Positions 1-10,678 of a DNA stretch of 24,720 nt are shown here, one piece after another. The notes under the pieces were generated by a model, which was given only the letters and a program-made list of their open reading frames with translations, was not told the DNA's origin and searched no databases. Made by a program: the position numbers and the translations under genes. Position 1 is the stretch's first letter. Each line of letters begins with the position of its first letter. This stretch comes from Neophaeotheca triangularis (Eukaryota): positions 248,001 through 272,720 of the forward strand of contig BAAIJX010000029.1 of assembly GCA_054600435.1 (NCBI GenBank), in the 5' to 3' direction.

Positions 1-1
1 C

Positions 2-268
2 GAAACTCCTAGCCATTACGGAGGGAATCGCGGTTACGATGGTCATTATAATTGCTACAACTTCGGATCTATGGACGTCGATTCTCCCCCGCGGTCTCAT
101 GAGGGCGTGGGAGCTGCAAGGGTTTGGCATGAAGGCTTTACTTGCTATGGGGGGTTCTCCGGGCTAGGGGTTTCGAGGCCCAGTATTGGGGTTCTGAGAG
201 AGGGTCTTGGTAGATGGAAGGGGTTCTGGTTTGATAGGGATGGAGATTTGATCATGACTGGCGTGTGA
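2..268 (+). CDS. Possible 3' end of a gene entering from the left edge (hypothetical protein)
   Basis: Frame is open from position 2 to TGA at 266-268 (89 codons) and ends ...FDRDGDLIMTGV. No recognisable domain. Confidence 0.25.
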   Translation, partial: ETPSHYGGNRGYDGHYNCYNFGSMDVDSPPRSHEGVGAARVWHEGFTCYGGFSGLGVSRPSIGVLREGLGRWKGFWFDRDGDLIMTGV

Positions 269-683
269 ATGCGGATTTCCGTGTAGCTCAGGGGGGGCTG
301 CTGAATTAAGGGTCAGGCTGGGTAGGCTTCGCGATTGGGGTGGGGATCGGGGTTGGCGGTTAGCGGGTTCTTGGGAGCGAACGCTGGGGGTTCTGTGAGG
401 TTCCGGGAGCGTAAGAGAGCGGGATCTAGGGTTTTGGGTCGAGGACTGGAGTTTGTGGGAGGGCGTTGCCAGGCGTTGTGATTCCCCACAGCGAACCATG
501 GCCGCCAATCAACTACCTTTTCGCCACGCCTCCGATTCCCACAATGTGCGGTCTTGTATCTTCGAAGACGTTTCCGTCATCAGGGCGGTTCGTCCGCGTC
601 CGCGCGCTAGCGGGGCTCAGGGGGTAACAGATTTGCTTGCTGGAGACTGGAGCACGCTGGACGGGTGGGGCGGATGAGTGGGG

Positions 684-711
684 GTGAGTGAGTGAGTGAG
701 TGAGTGAGTGA
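684..711. repeat. (GTGA)7 microsatellite
   Basis: Seven perfect GTGA units read directly. Confidence 0.9.
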
Positions 712-1212
712 ATGAAATACTGAAAAGGGCAATTTCCCGGGCGCTGTAGAGCTTACTCGAGCGAGCAACGAAGAAGACGAGTCGAGCGGATCTCGATACC
801 AACACCCCAGCAAGAAAAGCTGGAAGTGCAAGGAAAAGCTAGAGAAGGAAAAAAGTTACAAAATTGGCTGTACACGCAACCCGTCAACTCATTCCTTCCT
901 TGCAAGCTATACTTTAACAGGAAAACCTCTATACCCATCCATTCATCACACCCTCCCCCCCACCCCCGGTCCACTGTATTTTACATACACAAGCCCTCGT
1001 CCGTTCCTTGCCGCGGTAGCAAGTAGAGTGGAAAAAATAAGGAGAAAAGCCCCGCTCCTCCATCCGTCGTGATCTCTGCGCGAGCAGGTCTCTGATTCGC
1101 TGCTCCGCGTCTAGAACCGTTTTCCTTCCTTGCCACCTTGCTTGATAGAATCTGCTGTGGGAGTAGGTCCCGTGGTCTAGGGGGTGCGCCGTGAACGCCT
1201 GGTGTACAATTG

Positions 1213-1229
1213 TTTTTTTTTTTTTTTTT
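1213..1229. repeat. T17 homopolymer (A17 on the hapC sense strand, downstream of its stop)
   Basis: Direct reading. Confidence 0.9.
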
Positions 1230-1694
1230 GATTTCTTTGGTCTTTTCTTTCTCGGCCTTTGACTGTCATCAATGCCTTTCGTCTCCGGGTATTCGTATTG
1301 GATAGTCATGTTGGGACAGAGGGATGGGTCGTGCAGTGTAGGTGTGGGGTATGTCGTGTCGCTGATGTTGATGGTAACGTTGCCAGGCGTGGTGATGCTC
1401 TGAGCTGGAAACATAGAATGGTAACATGTGTGCTGAGGTTATTTGGGCATCGATTAGCGTAGTCGAGTAATAGCTGCGTCGGGAATCACCAGCGCGGAAA
1501 GAGGGGTGATAAGTATGGTCCATTGGCGGTCTCGGACACTCGGACAGCGGTGAAGACGTGGCTGGGTTGTCTAGTTGACGTCGGACATGGAGAGGGAAAG
1601 GGCGTTCAATGGATTCGACAACGGTCTGGTTTGCTTCGGCCTGATCATCGTAGAGACGTCTAGTGCTCGTTCTGGGGTTGTTGGCGGATTCTTC

Positions 1695-3039
1695 CTAAAA
1701 CTCCCCCCCACCTCCTGGACCAACGGGGTAGCCGAATTCCGTGGTAGGTTCGCCTGACGGGTCCATGGGGTTGCCAAGCATGGGTTGACCGGCGGCATCG
1801 TAGCCTGGACTTACTTCTGCGCCGCTGCTGCCGGAAACGGTTTTTTGATTCTCGCCTCTAGCGACGAGGTTCTGCTCGGCCGTCTTGTCAGGTTGGCTCG
1901 TCCACGAGAGGGACGACATTCTTACCTCGCGGTATCTCGCTAGATAAATCTTCAAAGCCTCGCCGTAGTTCTCGAAACCAAGCGAAGTCATGGCAAAGAG
2001 AATGTCTTCACCATTGACAGTCTTGCGCTTCTCTTGCTGGCACTTCTCCGACGCTGTCGCACAAGTCAGTCGGGTTGCTCGACCAATCACCAGAACCGCG
2101 GGACTGGAAGTGGAACGTACCTTCACTCGTGATGAAGGAGATGAACTCGCTCACACATTCTTGCATGCATTCTTTGGCTTCCTTTGCAATCTTTGCATTC
2201 TCCGGGAGAGCCGTCTTCATGATTCGGGCGACTGGAGCGAAATTATGTATGTTAGCGTCTGAATCCAATCGAGCTTTTGCGCCTTTGGAGCGCGACGTCG
2301 AAGGCGTTTGCGAAGGGGACGAGGACGTTTGCGGGGAAGTGGAAGAGTTCATCGCCATTCGCCAGATTTCTCCCACGGTGGCGAGAAAGCTTGCAGATGG
2401 CTGGTGCTGGGGGGGTCAAAGTGGGAGAGGCAAGCTCTGATTCGACGGCTGCGACGTCGTTTGTGGTCGAGAGCGTTGTATGCGCGATGCAAAGCGTTAT
2501 ATGTCGGCGAGTAATAGAGTGCGCTGGTCTCACGACAGCCGTCGACGTGCAGCTGTCAAAAAACGATGCGCAAGCACGGCAGGACGGCAGGGGTTCGAAT
2601 GGTGGGAAGCAGTGGTTAAGAGGGCGAATCGATGCAAGGTCGCGCCCTGGCTGAGCAGACCCAATTGGGACAGATGGGGTGGTACAAGTAACGTTGGACT
2701 GGAACGGGGGAGGGCAGGTAGGGTGGTTTTTTGATGAAATCTCGACTTACCATTAGCTATGGGTAACCATCGATCTTGTTCCTTGACTTCGAAATCGTAG
2801 CCGATGCTGTGCTCGAGGGGATCGTCACGAAGGCGATTGACATTCATATCGGGGTCGGTTTGCTGGTCGGTGGTCGCTTGCCCATCGTTATCCAGCGGCG
2901 GCGGCGGCGGCGGCGAGTCGTCCTGATCCGCTGAAGCTGAAGCTGAAGCGTTGGTGGGCGGAAGAGGAGGAGGAGAGTTGCTGTTGCTGTTGTTGTCGAC
3001 AGGCTCGACCTGGTCGGTGCCTCGGGGGCTTTGTGACAT
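1695..3039 (-). CDS. hapC: CCAAT-binding complex subunit HapC/Hap3 (NF-YB), ~234 aa, 4 exons: 3039-2751, 2231-2121, 2053-1926, 1871-1695
   Basis: Spliced product has the NF-YB histone fold: [95 protein letters not shown] introns of 519, 67 and 54 nt have CTAAC/CTGAC branch sites. Exon lengths sum to 705 nt. Confidence 0.97.
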
Positions 3040-3605
3040 ATTGTATGCGGCGGCCTGCAGATGCGGTGAAGGGGTTAGGTAAGGGTCGGGTATGCGATAC
3101 GATACGATGCCGTCAGAGCTTTGCGCTGGCAGCCCTGCCCAAGACGATTATTGGATTCGCGGGCGCAGACACGTCACTGGACAGCGAGCGCGGGCGACGG
3201 GTGACGGGCGCGCGCAGAGAGCAGAGACAGGGGGGACGGGGGTGGAGAAGGGTCTGGGCGGCGGTGAAGAACACCAAAAAGGTCCAAAAACAAAGAAAAA
3301 GGGGGGCCGAGAGCGAGTAAGAATGGGTTGTGCCTTGCTGGCGCTTTAGTTAGTACTGCTGTCGAATGCAGGTGTTGGGGTTGGGCAGGCAGACTAAAGT
3401 GTCGACGGATGTGTAAGGGTAAGGTAAGGTGGGTGGGTGGTAAGGTGCAGGTGGTGTTGTGTAACGGACGCGGCGGGGCGGGCGACGTGACGGGATGGCC
3501 GGGCTGGTCAACACGCTAGTCCGTAAATGGTATCGTCAATATCAGTCGGATTATTATTATTGATCGAGCGACTTTCTTTGGGCAGCGGTGTAATGATAAA
3601 ATTCG

Positions 3606-3635
3606 ACAACAACAACAACAACAACACCACCACCA
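3606..3635. repeat. (ACA)n/(CAC)n trinucleotide microsatellite upstream of hapC
   Basis: acaacaacaacaacaacaacaccaccacca read directly. Confidence 0.8.
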
Positions 3636-5841
3636 ACCCTCGCCTAGGTTTACTACTAGTAGCTTCCACTATTGCTGTCTCGTTTACTATAAGTGACGGT
3701 GACCATCATTTCACTACCGGTTGTCAGCGCGGATATGGAACTCCCCAAGGTTAAGTTACTGTACCAATCCTCTCACATAAATACTACTAGTAATATATTC
3801 ACGGTTAGAGTCGAACTACCTTCTTCTTCAACATGAAGTCTACCTCTCTCTACACCTCTCTCTATCTCTCTCCCCATGTTGCTACTCCCACCGCTCCGCA
3901 TCGCCACCAAAAGATACAGCGGTGAGCGTGACCCAGCCACTATCGTCAAGCTAAACCCGGCACCACCACCACTACTACTACTACCACTGCTTCAGTGCTT
4001 CCTTTGTGTTGACCGTCGGCGGCGGCCCTGCCAAGAGAAATGGGAAGTACTGTACCTGGCTGGCTACCTAGCTGCGAACACCACTAGCACTAATAGCCGC
4101 GATGCGACATCGTCAAGCAACACGCATTAAGGCCCAATGACGACCCGGCGAACAGCTGCAGCGCGGCACACTTCCTCCAACTATTCCCAACGCATCTCCA
4201 ATTCCGCATGACGGCGTGATCGTCTCGTTCGGCGTAGAATGACGTCCTGGCTTGGGCAGCAAAAGCGCGCAAGGATAGCAAGCAAAGAATGTCTCGATTC
4301 ATAGGTTGGTGCGAGAAAAGAAAGAAAGAAAGGGCTCGGTCTTGAGTGGACAGAGTTGCTGCAATTGTTCAAATCTAGGCCAACTGCTTTACAGTTCCTG
4401 CGTCCTCTTCCCCTCGGTCACACTATTATTGCAGCTATGCAGCGACCTCCCATGGTTCACGCCTCGGTTGGCCAATCAGCTGCGCTAGACGACCGTCCCT
4501 TGCTTTCTTCTGGCGCTGCAACTCGTTGAGATGACTTCTGACGAACATGCCTTTGAACACTGGCAATCAAGGACTGTTGTTGATCAGAACGACCGACTCG
4601 TCTCCGGTCGCGTGTTTTCCAGGCAGCAAGCTCACACCCTCTTCGTCTACGGAGGCATTTCCCACGTCAGTCAGCAAGCGCGCCAACGCGCAGCCTGATC
4701 GCGAAGCGCCACCACAACCCGCACCCTGCGCATCTTCCTCAACCCAACTGCGGACCTGCGCATCTCCACCAGTTCTCATACCACCACTATTTCCCGGGCA
4801 AGCCTCCCATCAGCTTTCCCCTTCGCATGCATCTCTTGATCCCCTCGGTACCCAACCATACCCCACCCCTCTCGCCTTGCTTCGGCCCTACAACTCGGGC
4901 TGTTGTGTACATGTAGTTGGACGTCGGTACCGGTACTGTGGCTGCGGCTGGCCGACTTGCATCTATCAGCCGGGAGAGGGGCTCAATCGGATGAGTCGCT
5001 TTCCTCTGGTTCTCGCGGTACTACGATGGAATGGGGGATGGAACGGGAAATGGAGCGAAGACGGAGATCGAAGCAGGGAACAGAGTGAAGTAGGCCCAGG
5101 TACTGTTCGTGGTGATGAGGCTGGCCAGCGAGTCCTCCGTTGCATTACGAAAGTCTTATTGTCGCAGAGTACAGCCGGTCCTTGGTGGCTTTCATGAGGC
5201 TGGAGATGGGTAAGAAAGAGTTACAGAAGCGCAATGTCATGTCATGCAATGCAATGCTCGCGCTGTTGGTGCCGCAAATACAAGCAGCACGAGCATAAAG
5301 TTCACGTGTGCACCGATTCAGCGACATATGCAGGTCGGCCTCACATAAAAGGCGTGTCAGGTGACAAAACCCTCGCTCGCTTACTTACCTATAAGCTGCA
5401 GTGGCATTTTGGGCAAGCGCTTGCTTACTTTGTATGCAGTGACATTCGCTCGAGTGAGCTGGTGTACATTATAGCTGCTACGGTGGTGGGTAAGGCAGTG
5501 GTAAGTGAGCTCTTGATCATGGGCTCGCCGTTCTCTCGTTGGCAGTCTAGCTAGGGATACGGTACTAGTCGCAAACTGCACGCATCACCCTGTCTAGAAG
5601 TCGAACCCGCTGTGTGCTCTGGAAGTTGGCTCGCTTGTGCCGCAAACGTTGTTCCGCCGTTCAATAGGTTCAACGTGCTAGACTCCCCGCCCACTGGGAA
5701 TTTTGGGTCCGGCCAGCACCTGAATGCCTGGTGACGACCTCGTGAGTCTCCAGCTCGGGTCTCTTTTGTCACGAGACTCTGTTGACGCTCGTCCACCTTG
5801 ACGCTGACCCCAACCGCTCCGCTCCTGCTTCTAGAGGGTTC

Positions 5842-6709
5842 CTACTGCTGCACTACTTGGATCTTGTTCTTTTTCTGTAGTAGCCGAGACGTCAGTAGTC
5901 GTTCATGCCAGGTGTTCCCCAGCGGAGGGAGTTGCAAACACCTCCCCTTCCATCTCCTTTCACGTCTTCCGCCCACCTTGCTTGCCTGCGGAGAACTACC
6001 ACCACCACCACTAAGCCCCACCACAGGGCGCATTTGAATTAAAGAATGGAGAGAACAAAATAGAGAACATACCTTCCACCCCTCCATCTCCGCCTGCTTC
6101 CCCCGATACTGCTTCACCAAGTCCTCAAGCACCTTTTTCAAACCCTCGGCGTTCGTTTGCAGAGCTGGCAGGACGTCGCCGACGGTTCGCTCCACTAGCA
6201 CGCCGTTGATCATGCGGAAGCATTTGCGGTCGCTTGGGAGGGGGGTTAGGGTTTCTAGAACGAGTCTTGCAGGGGTGTTAGTTTTTGTGGGTTCGAAGAA
6301 TGGGATACGTGTTGGGGTGTGATGTTCATGAGGGAAGGTTGGAGAGTGCGTTTCTTTGAGATCAGAGCGGGGGAGGGTGTTGGCATTGAGTCCATGGGGT
6401 CTGGGTGGTGGCGTTGAAGGGTGCAAGGAAGCCGGTAAAGGGGTTGGTTGGTTCCTTCCAGGAGCATCACTCCAGCCGGGATGGACTGTGGTAATTCGGA
6501 TCGTTTTCGGAAAAGAGTCGTGGTACTCACTTGTGTTCTTCGCTTTCTTGCTCGACATCGCCAATCTTTTGCGCTACAGCTTGAAGAGTTTCCTTGTAGT
6601 TGGAGTATTGGACTTGCAACTCTGTTACGAACAATTAGCGTGGCTCGAGTTACAGGGATGATTCGTGCTTACCCTGCTGCTTCTTTGCGGATATTTGTTG
6701 TTGTGACAT
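5842..6709 (-). CDS. GIM4: Prefoldin subunit 2 (Gim4/PFD2), ~117 aa, 4 exons: 6709-6673, 6621-6531, 6265-6073, 5874-5842
   Basis: Spliced product MSQQQISAKKQQ|ELQVQYSNYKETLQAVAQKIGDVEQESEEHK|LVLETLTPLPSDRKCFRMINGVLVERTVGDVLPALQTNAEGLKKVLEDLVKQYRGKQAEMEGWK|KKNKIQVVQQ. RKCFRMINGVLVERTV is the prefoldin beta subunit 2 hallmark. Introns are 51, 265 and 198 nt; exons sum to 354 nt. Confidence 0.95.
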
Positions 6710-7938
6710 GATCTTGTTGTCTTTAAGATATCGTGCCTGATTGCAAGCGATACCTTGGGCCAGAGCGCACGGATAGAGGAAGCTGGGCTTGCCCGGAGCG
6801 AGCACCGGACAGCGTCACTTCGGTTTAGTCAGCAGGCCCGCGCACGGTCCCAGTGAAAATTGCCTATATCAATTTCGCTCCCCTCGCAACTCTCCTTCCT
6901 CCTCATTATGTCGACTTGTGAGTTCCACCAGGACCCCCCAAAAAAACCCATTGTGTCAACCATTGTCTAACACCCTTCACAGTACTTCATAGAATCATTT
7001 CTATAGTAAACGTCCACGACTGTGTTTCTCACAGAAGCCACAGTACTCCAACCTGGCTGATGAGGAGGACACCCGAGACCCTAGAGTGATGCCGTGGTGC
7101 TGGACTCCTTTTTGGGGCTCCAGTGGCAATGATCTCGTCCCTGTCGAGCGTCTGGCTTCGGCCGGCTTGGTTGGGTGGGCCTTGTGGTGATTCTGACAGG
7201 TTTCCGATCTTTTTGCTTTCATACTTGAAGAGCTTGGCTTTGTTGTCGAGTGCTTTGGTGAGAAGGCTTGGAGAGGTCAAGAGGGCCTCTAAGAGATGAT
7301 GGACTGTCGTAAGCGCACCAGAGACACCCTCACTGGTGTGAGACTTTTGGTGCTGGTACTGGTCCTGGCCCTGATGTCCCGACCCGATTTGCGGAAATTT
7401 CCAGTACGACCTCGCTTGCCGCGCTCGCTTGCCTACGCCGAACGAACTTCATCCTCGTACCCCGGTCTCAAGCGAAAGCGAGCACCTATTATTCCCGCCT
7501 CCATCAGGGTTTCGGAGATCTCTACGACCTACAGATTCCCCTCGCCTGCGCATCATCTAATACAGCTGACCAACAGCCGCCCTTTCGCCAGCCACTTCTT
7601 TCCTCCATCTAGCTACATCATTGCCATCGACCGGCCTAGCATGTCATCACGACATCGTTGCTGCGCGACGCCCACTGCTGAACGGTGCAAGCCGGTGTTC
7701 CGCAGCGAGCTATATGAAAGGGAGACGATACCTAGGTAGCACGTACTTTGGGACAAGAGTAAAAGGCCAGCATGGACGTGAACATGGCACGAAGAAAACT
7801 TCGGGCCTGCTTCGGCCGAGAGCAAAAGAAGATGGATACATGCGTGTGATCATGTTTTCGAAATACGTCAATACCCGATAGCCCGGCAGGCAGCACGCTG
7901 CGCACACGACAACGCCAATAGAGTCCCAAATTCATTGC

Positions 7939-8143
7939 CCCCATCCTGAACCTCTTGAAATCCATCTTTACCTCTCTCTCTACTCCTAGAAGTTTTTCCT
8001 CCTTTTAACTTTACTGCCCCCTTTACTTCTTTGTTCACTATTTTCTTTATACCTTTACTACCCCCTTTACTATTCCTCCTTTTAACTTTACTGCCTCTTT
8101 CACTTCCTTATCCACTGTTTCATTTACTTTATTCCTTTACTAA
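7939..8143. repeat. Pyrimidine-rich dispersed repeat, copy A, with an internal 77-bp-period tandem duplication
   Basis: Aligns by eye to 19519-19651. The identical 23-mer TTCCTCCTTTTAACTTTACTGCC occurs at 7996-8018 and 8073-8095. Confidence 0.85.
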
Positions 8144-9511
8144 TACGATGAACGGGTGAGGTTTCGACGCTTTACCGCGGCGGACGTCACTCTGTGAGAC
8201 GGGGCGCGAGGGCCGGTGAAGATGAAAGCGTAGTAGACGGTCTTAATCACGACCACAGCGACGATAGCTTAGAGCCCACCGATACCTATGCAGCTCTCAG
8301 TAAAACCGTTGAGACGCGGCGCGATGTTAGAATTGCAAGGCAACGATTGAACGAATGCATACCTGCGCGCTCTCCCAAACCTCGAGCCAAGGAACTACAT
8401 TCTGCAATGTCATCCTGCGCATGTCATAGACCCGCCAGGTAGAGGTCTTGCCAAGGTCTACACAGTGCTAGAGATGGCCTCTGGCCTCGAGTCTTCTTTC
8501 CTTCCGCGTCACTTCCACAAGTCGACACATGCGTACCGCACGGCTTTCCGGAAATGCTACCTAATGTTCTACGTATCGGCGGGGCGTCATCGTTACGGCC
8601 AAGAAGGTGAACTTGGCAGCCTACCGGTTGCTGTCCTTGCGTTAGTAGAATGCCTCATGTGTCTGTGGATTTGACACAAGAATCAGTCTTCTTCACGGTG
8701 CCCCGGCCGCCTCGTTGTAGCAGCCAAAATGCCTATTTTCAGATGCCAACTATTGCGCCCAAACTCGAAGTCCTCGGCGCTCAGCAGTATTGCACTCACT
8801 CTAGACGATACCAAATCGTCGCGGACAATCTTCATCAGTTTCATCCTAGTCGTTTTAACATCGCGAAATCTTGCCGTGCCAAAACTTGCTATATTACGCC
8901 AAGGCCAATGGTCTTGGAGAAGACCGGAACCACGTGGAGCAACGTTCAGCCCTAACCGTATAACGTTCAACTCCACCCGAGGTTGCTCGAGGACATGCCT
9001 ATTACCTCCTAGCCTGGCGGGTCTGGCCAGACGGGACTGCAGTGGTGTCGCAATAATTATACGGGCTTGGAAGTACTACGAGACCGATGATGGCCAATGA
9101 AACATCCGCCGGGAGCGTTGTATAGACGTTGCGTCTGCAGTTGTTATTCTCCGACAACACATAGCCGTCCAGTGCCATGCCCGTGGACTTCAACGGCTAT
9201 CTTCGAAGATTGAATAATCTGTACTATTTGGTCATACCGCTATATTACGTACCGCAGCTACCGGTATGTGCCCCTCTCGAGCCGCTCCACCTCAAGGTCG
9301 CCCTGGGTGATTAACGTGAGGCTACGGCAGCTCGACGGATCCTTGTGCTTGGCCTGGACACATTTCACCCTCCAACACCGGCCGCGAACATCTGCATCTC
9401 GTTGAACGCACCACGACGGAGCTGAGGGTCGATAGTCGATCCCGGTGAAGACGACGCTATAGCGATCATTGCAGATAGCGTCTCGCCCCCTGTACTTGGA
9501 GAACTTTCATC

Positions 9512-9517
9512 TATAAG
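9512..9517 (+). promoter_or_regulatory. Candidate TATA element of the carbonic anhydrase gene
   Basis: TATAAG 100 nt upstream of ATG 9612. Confidence 0.4.
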
Positions 9518-9611
9518 AGGAGTGGCTGTCGCCATCGCCGTCCCCGGGCGACTGTACTAATACATTCTTTACATCCCATTGAAACAAGACTCTGGCAAAA
9601 TCCCCATCACA

Positions 9612-10537
9612 ATGTACATTGAGACCTTGCTTATCGGTGGAGCGCTGCTCTCGCAGTACGCTTCAGCTTGCCCTCAACATAACAACCACAGAGTCTCAGG
9701 GATCTTGAACAAGCGCCAGCAGATTGGCGAGACATACTACCAGCAACCAACTGGGCAAAAGTGGCAATACGACGCCATTTGCGATTGGGCCAGCCTCGAC
9801 CCTGGTAGGCACATTACAGCTCGAAAGCCTCGACGCCTGTTCAACAACTAACAATCCAACCATCAGATTATGAGATGTGCCAAATGGGAACCCACCAGTC
9901 ACCAATTCCTTTGACAAATGAGCAAGGCCTCGCTCACAGCCATCTCCCAACTTTCAATTACCACAACAACGTCACGGGGAATTTTGATAACTGGGGCTAT
10001 GGTCCTCGCTTCACCCTCGAGCACCCGGATGGAGAGTACACTGGTCTCCCATCTTTCACCTTCACCGAAGGCATCAACGACACCGGCGACAACGAGACTG
10101 TCTACCTCGTCGGTTGGCACATTCACAGTCCCTCCGAACACACAATTAACGGCGAGCACGCTCGGAGTGAAATGCACTTGGTTCACGTCGACAAGCAGGG
10201 CCACGAACGTGCCGTCGTCGCCATCATAATCGACGCTTCCAACGACCCGTCACCTTTCCTAGAAGCACTGCCACCAATGTTCGGCTCCAACGAAACTGGC
10301 CACCAAATGCCGACGGCTATGAATATGAAGTTGCCAATTCAAGAGGTGAACAACCTGGCTGAGTTCTGGACCTACAAGGGCAGTCTGACTACCCCTCCCT
10401 GCCACGAGGGGTTGAGGTGGTTCGTCGGCAGGCAGAGGCTTTATATGAGCACGGAACAGATGCAAGACCTCCTTCACATTAGCAGATACTCTGCGAGACC
10501 TACTTCGCGCGTCTGGCAGCATGAAGTCAACGCTTGA
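9612..10537 (+). CDS. Secreted alpha-class carbonic anhydrase, ~287 aa, exons 9612-9804 and 9867-10537
   Basis: Signal-peptide-like N-terminus (MYIETLLIGGALLSQYASA). Alpha-CA motifs QSPI, WHIHSPSEH, EMHLVH (three Zn-binding His) and YKGSLTTPPCHEG. A 62-nt GT-AG intron with ACTAAC branch restores the frame. Confidence 0.93.
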
Positions 10538-10678
10538 TTTATCTGCGTTTTCTGGCGACAGTCTACATATACAACACCCGCCTGCCCACGGAATGCTTAT
10601 ACTAGCGGCGGACTACCATTATGTTACGAATTGTACATGGATTTTTTATAGCTATCCCATCTTGGGAACTGCCTCCAC

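Noticed and set aside
929..1414. 161-aa minus-strand ORF with an NLS-like poly-Lys run
   Set aside because: The Lys run is the T17 homopolymer. The ORF lies just downstream of hapC (probable 3' UTR) and has no recognisable domain.
4547..5197. 216-aa + strand ORF between hapC and prefoldin
   Set aside because: No domain, random-looking composition and no supporting splice structure. It cannot be excluded as an orphan gene.
5842..6564. 240-aa ORF as a single-exon gene
   Set aside because: It is a read-through of prefoldin introns 2 and 3; the spliced 117-aa model fits the family.
7029..7448. ~140-codon stop-to-stop frame on the minus strand
   Set aside because: No ATG and no recognisable homology.
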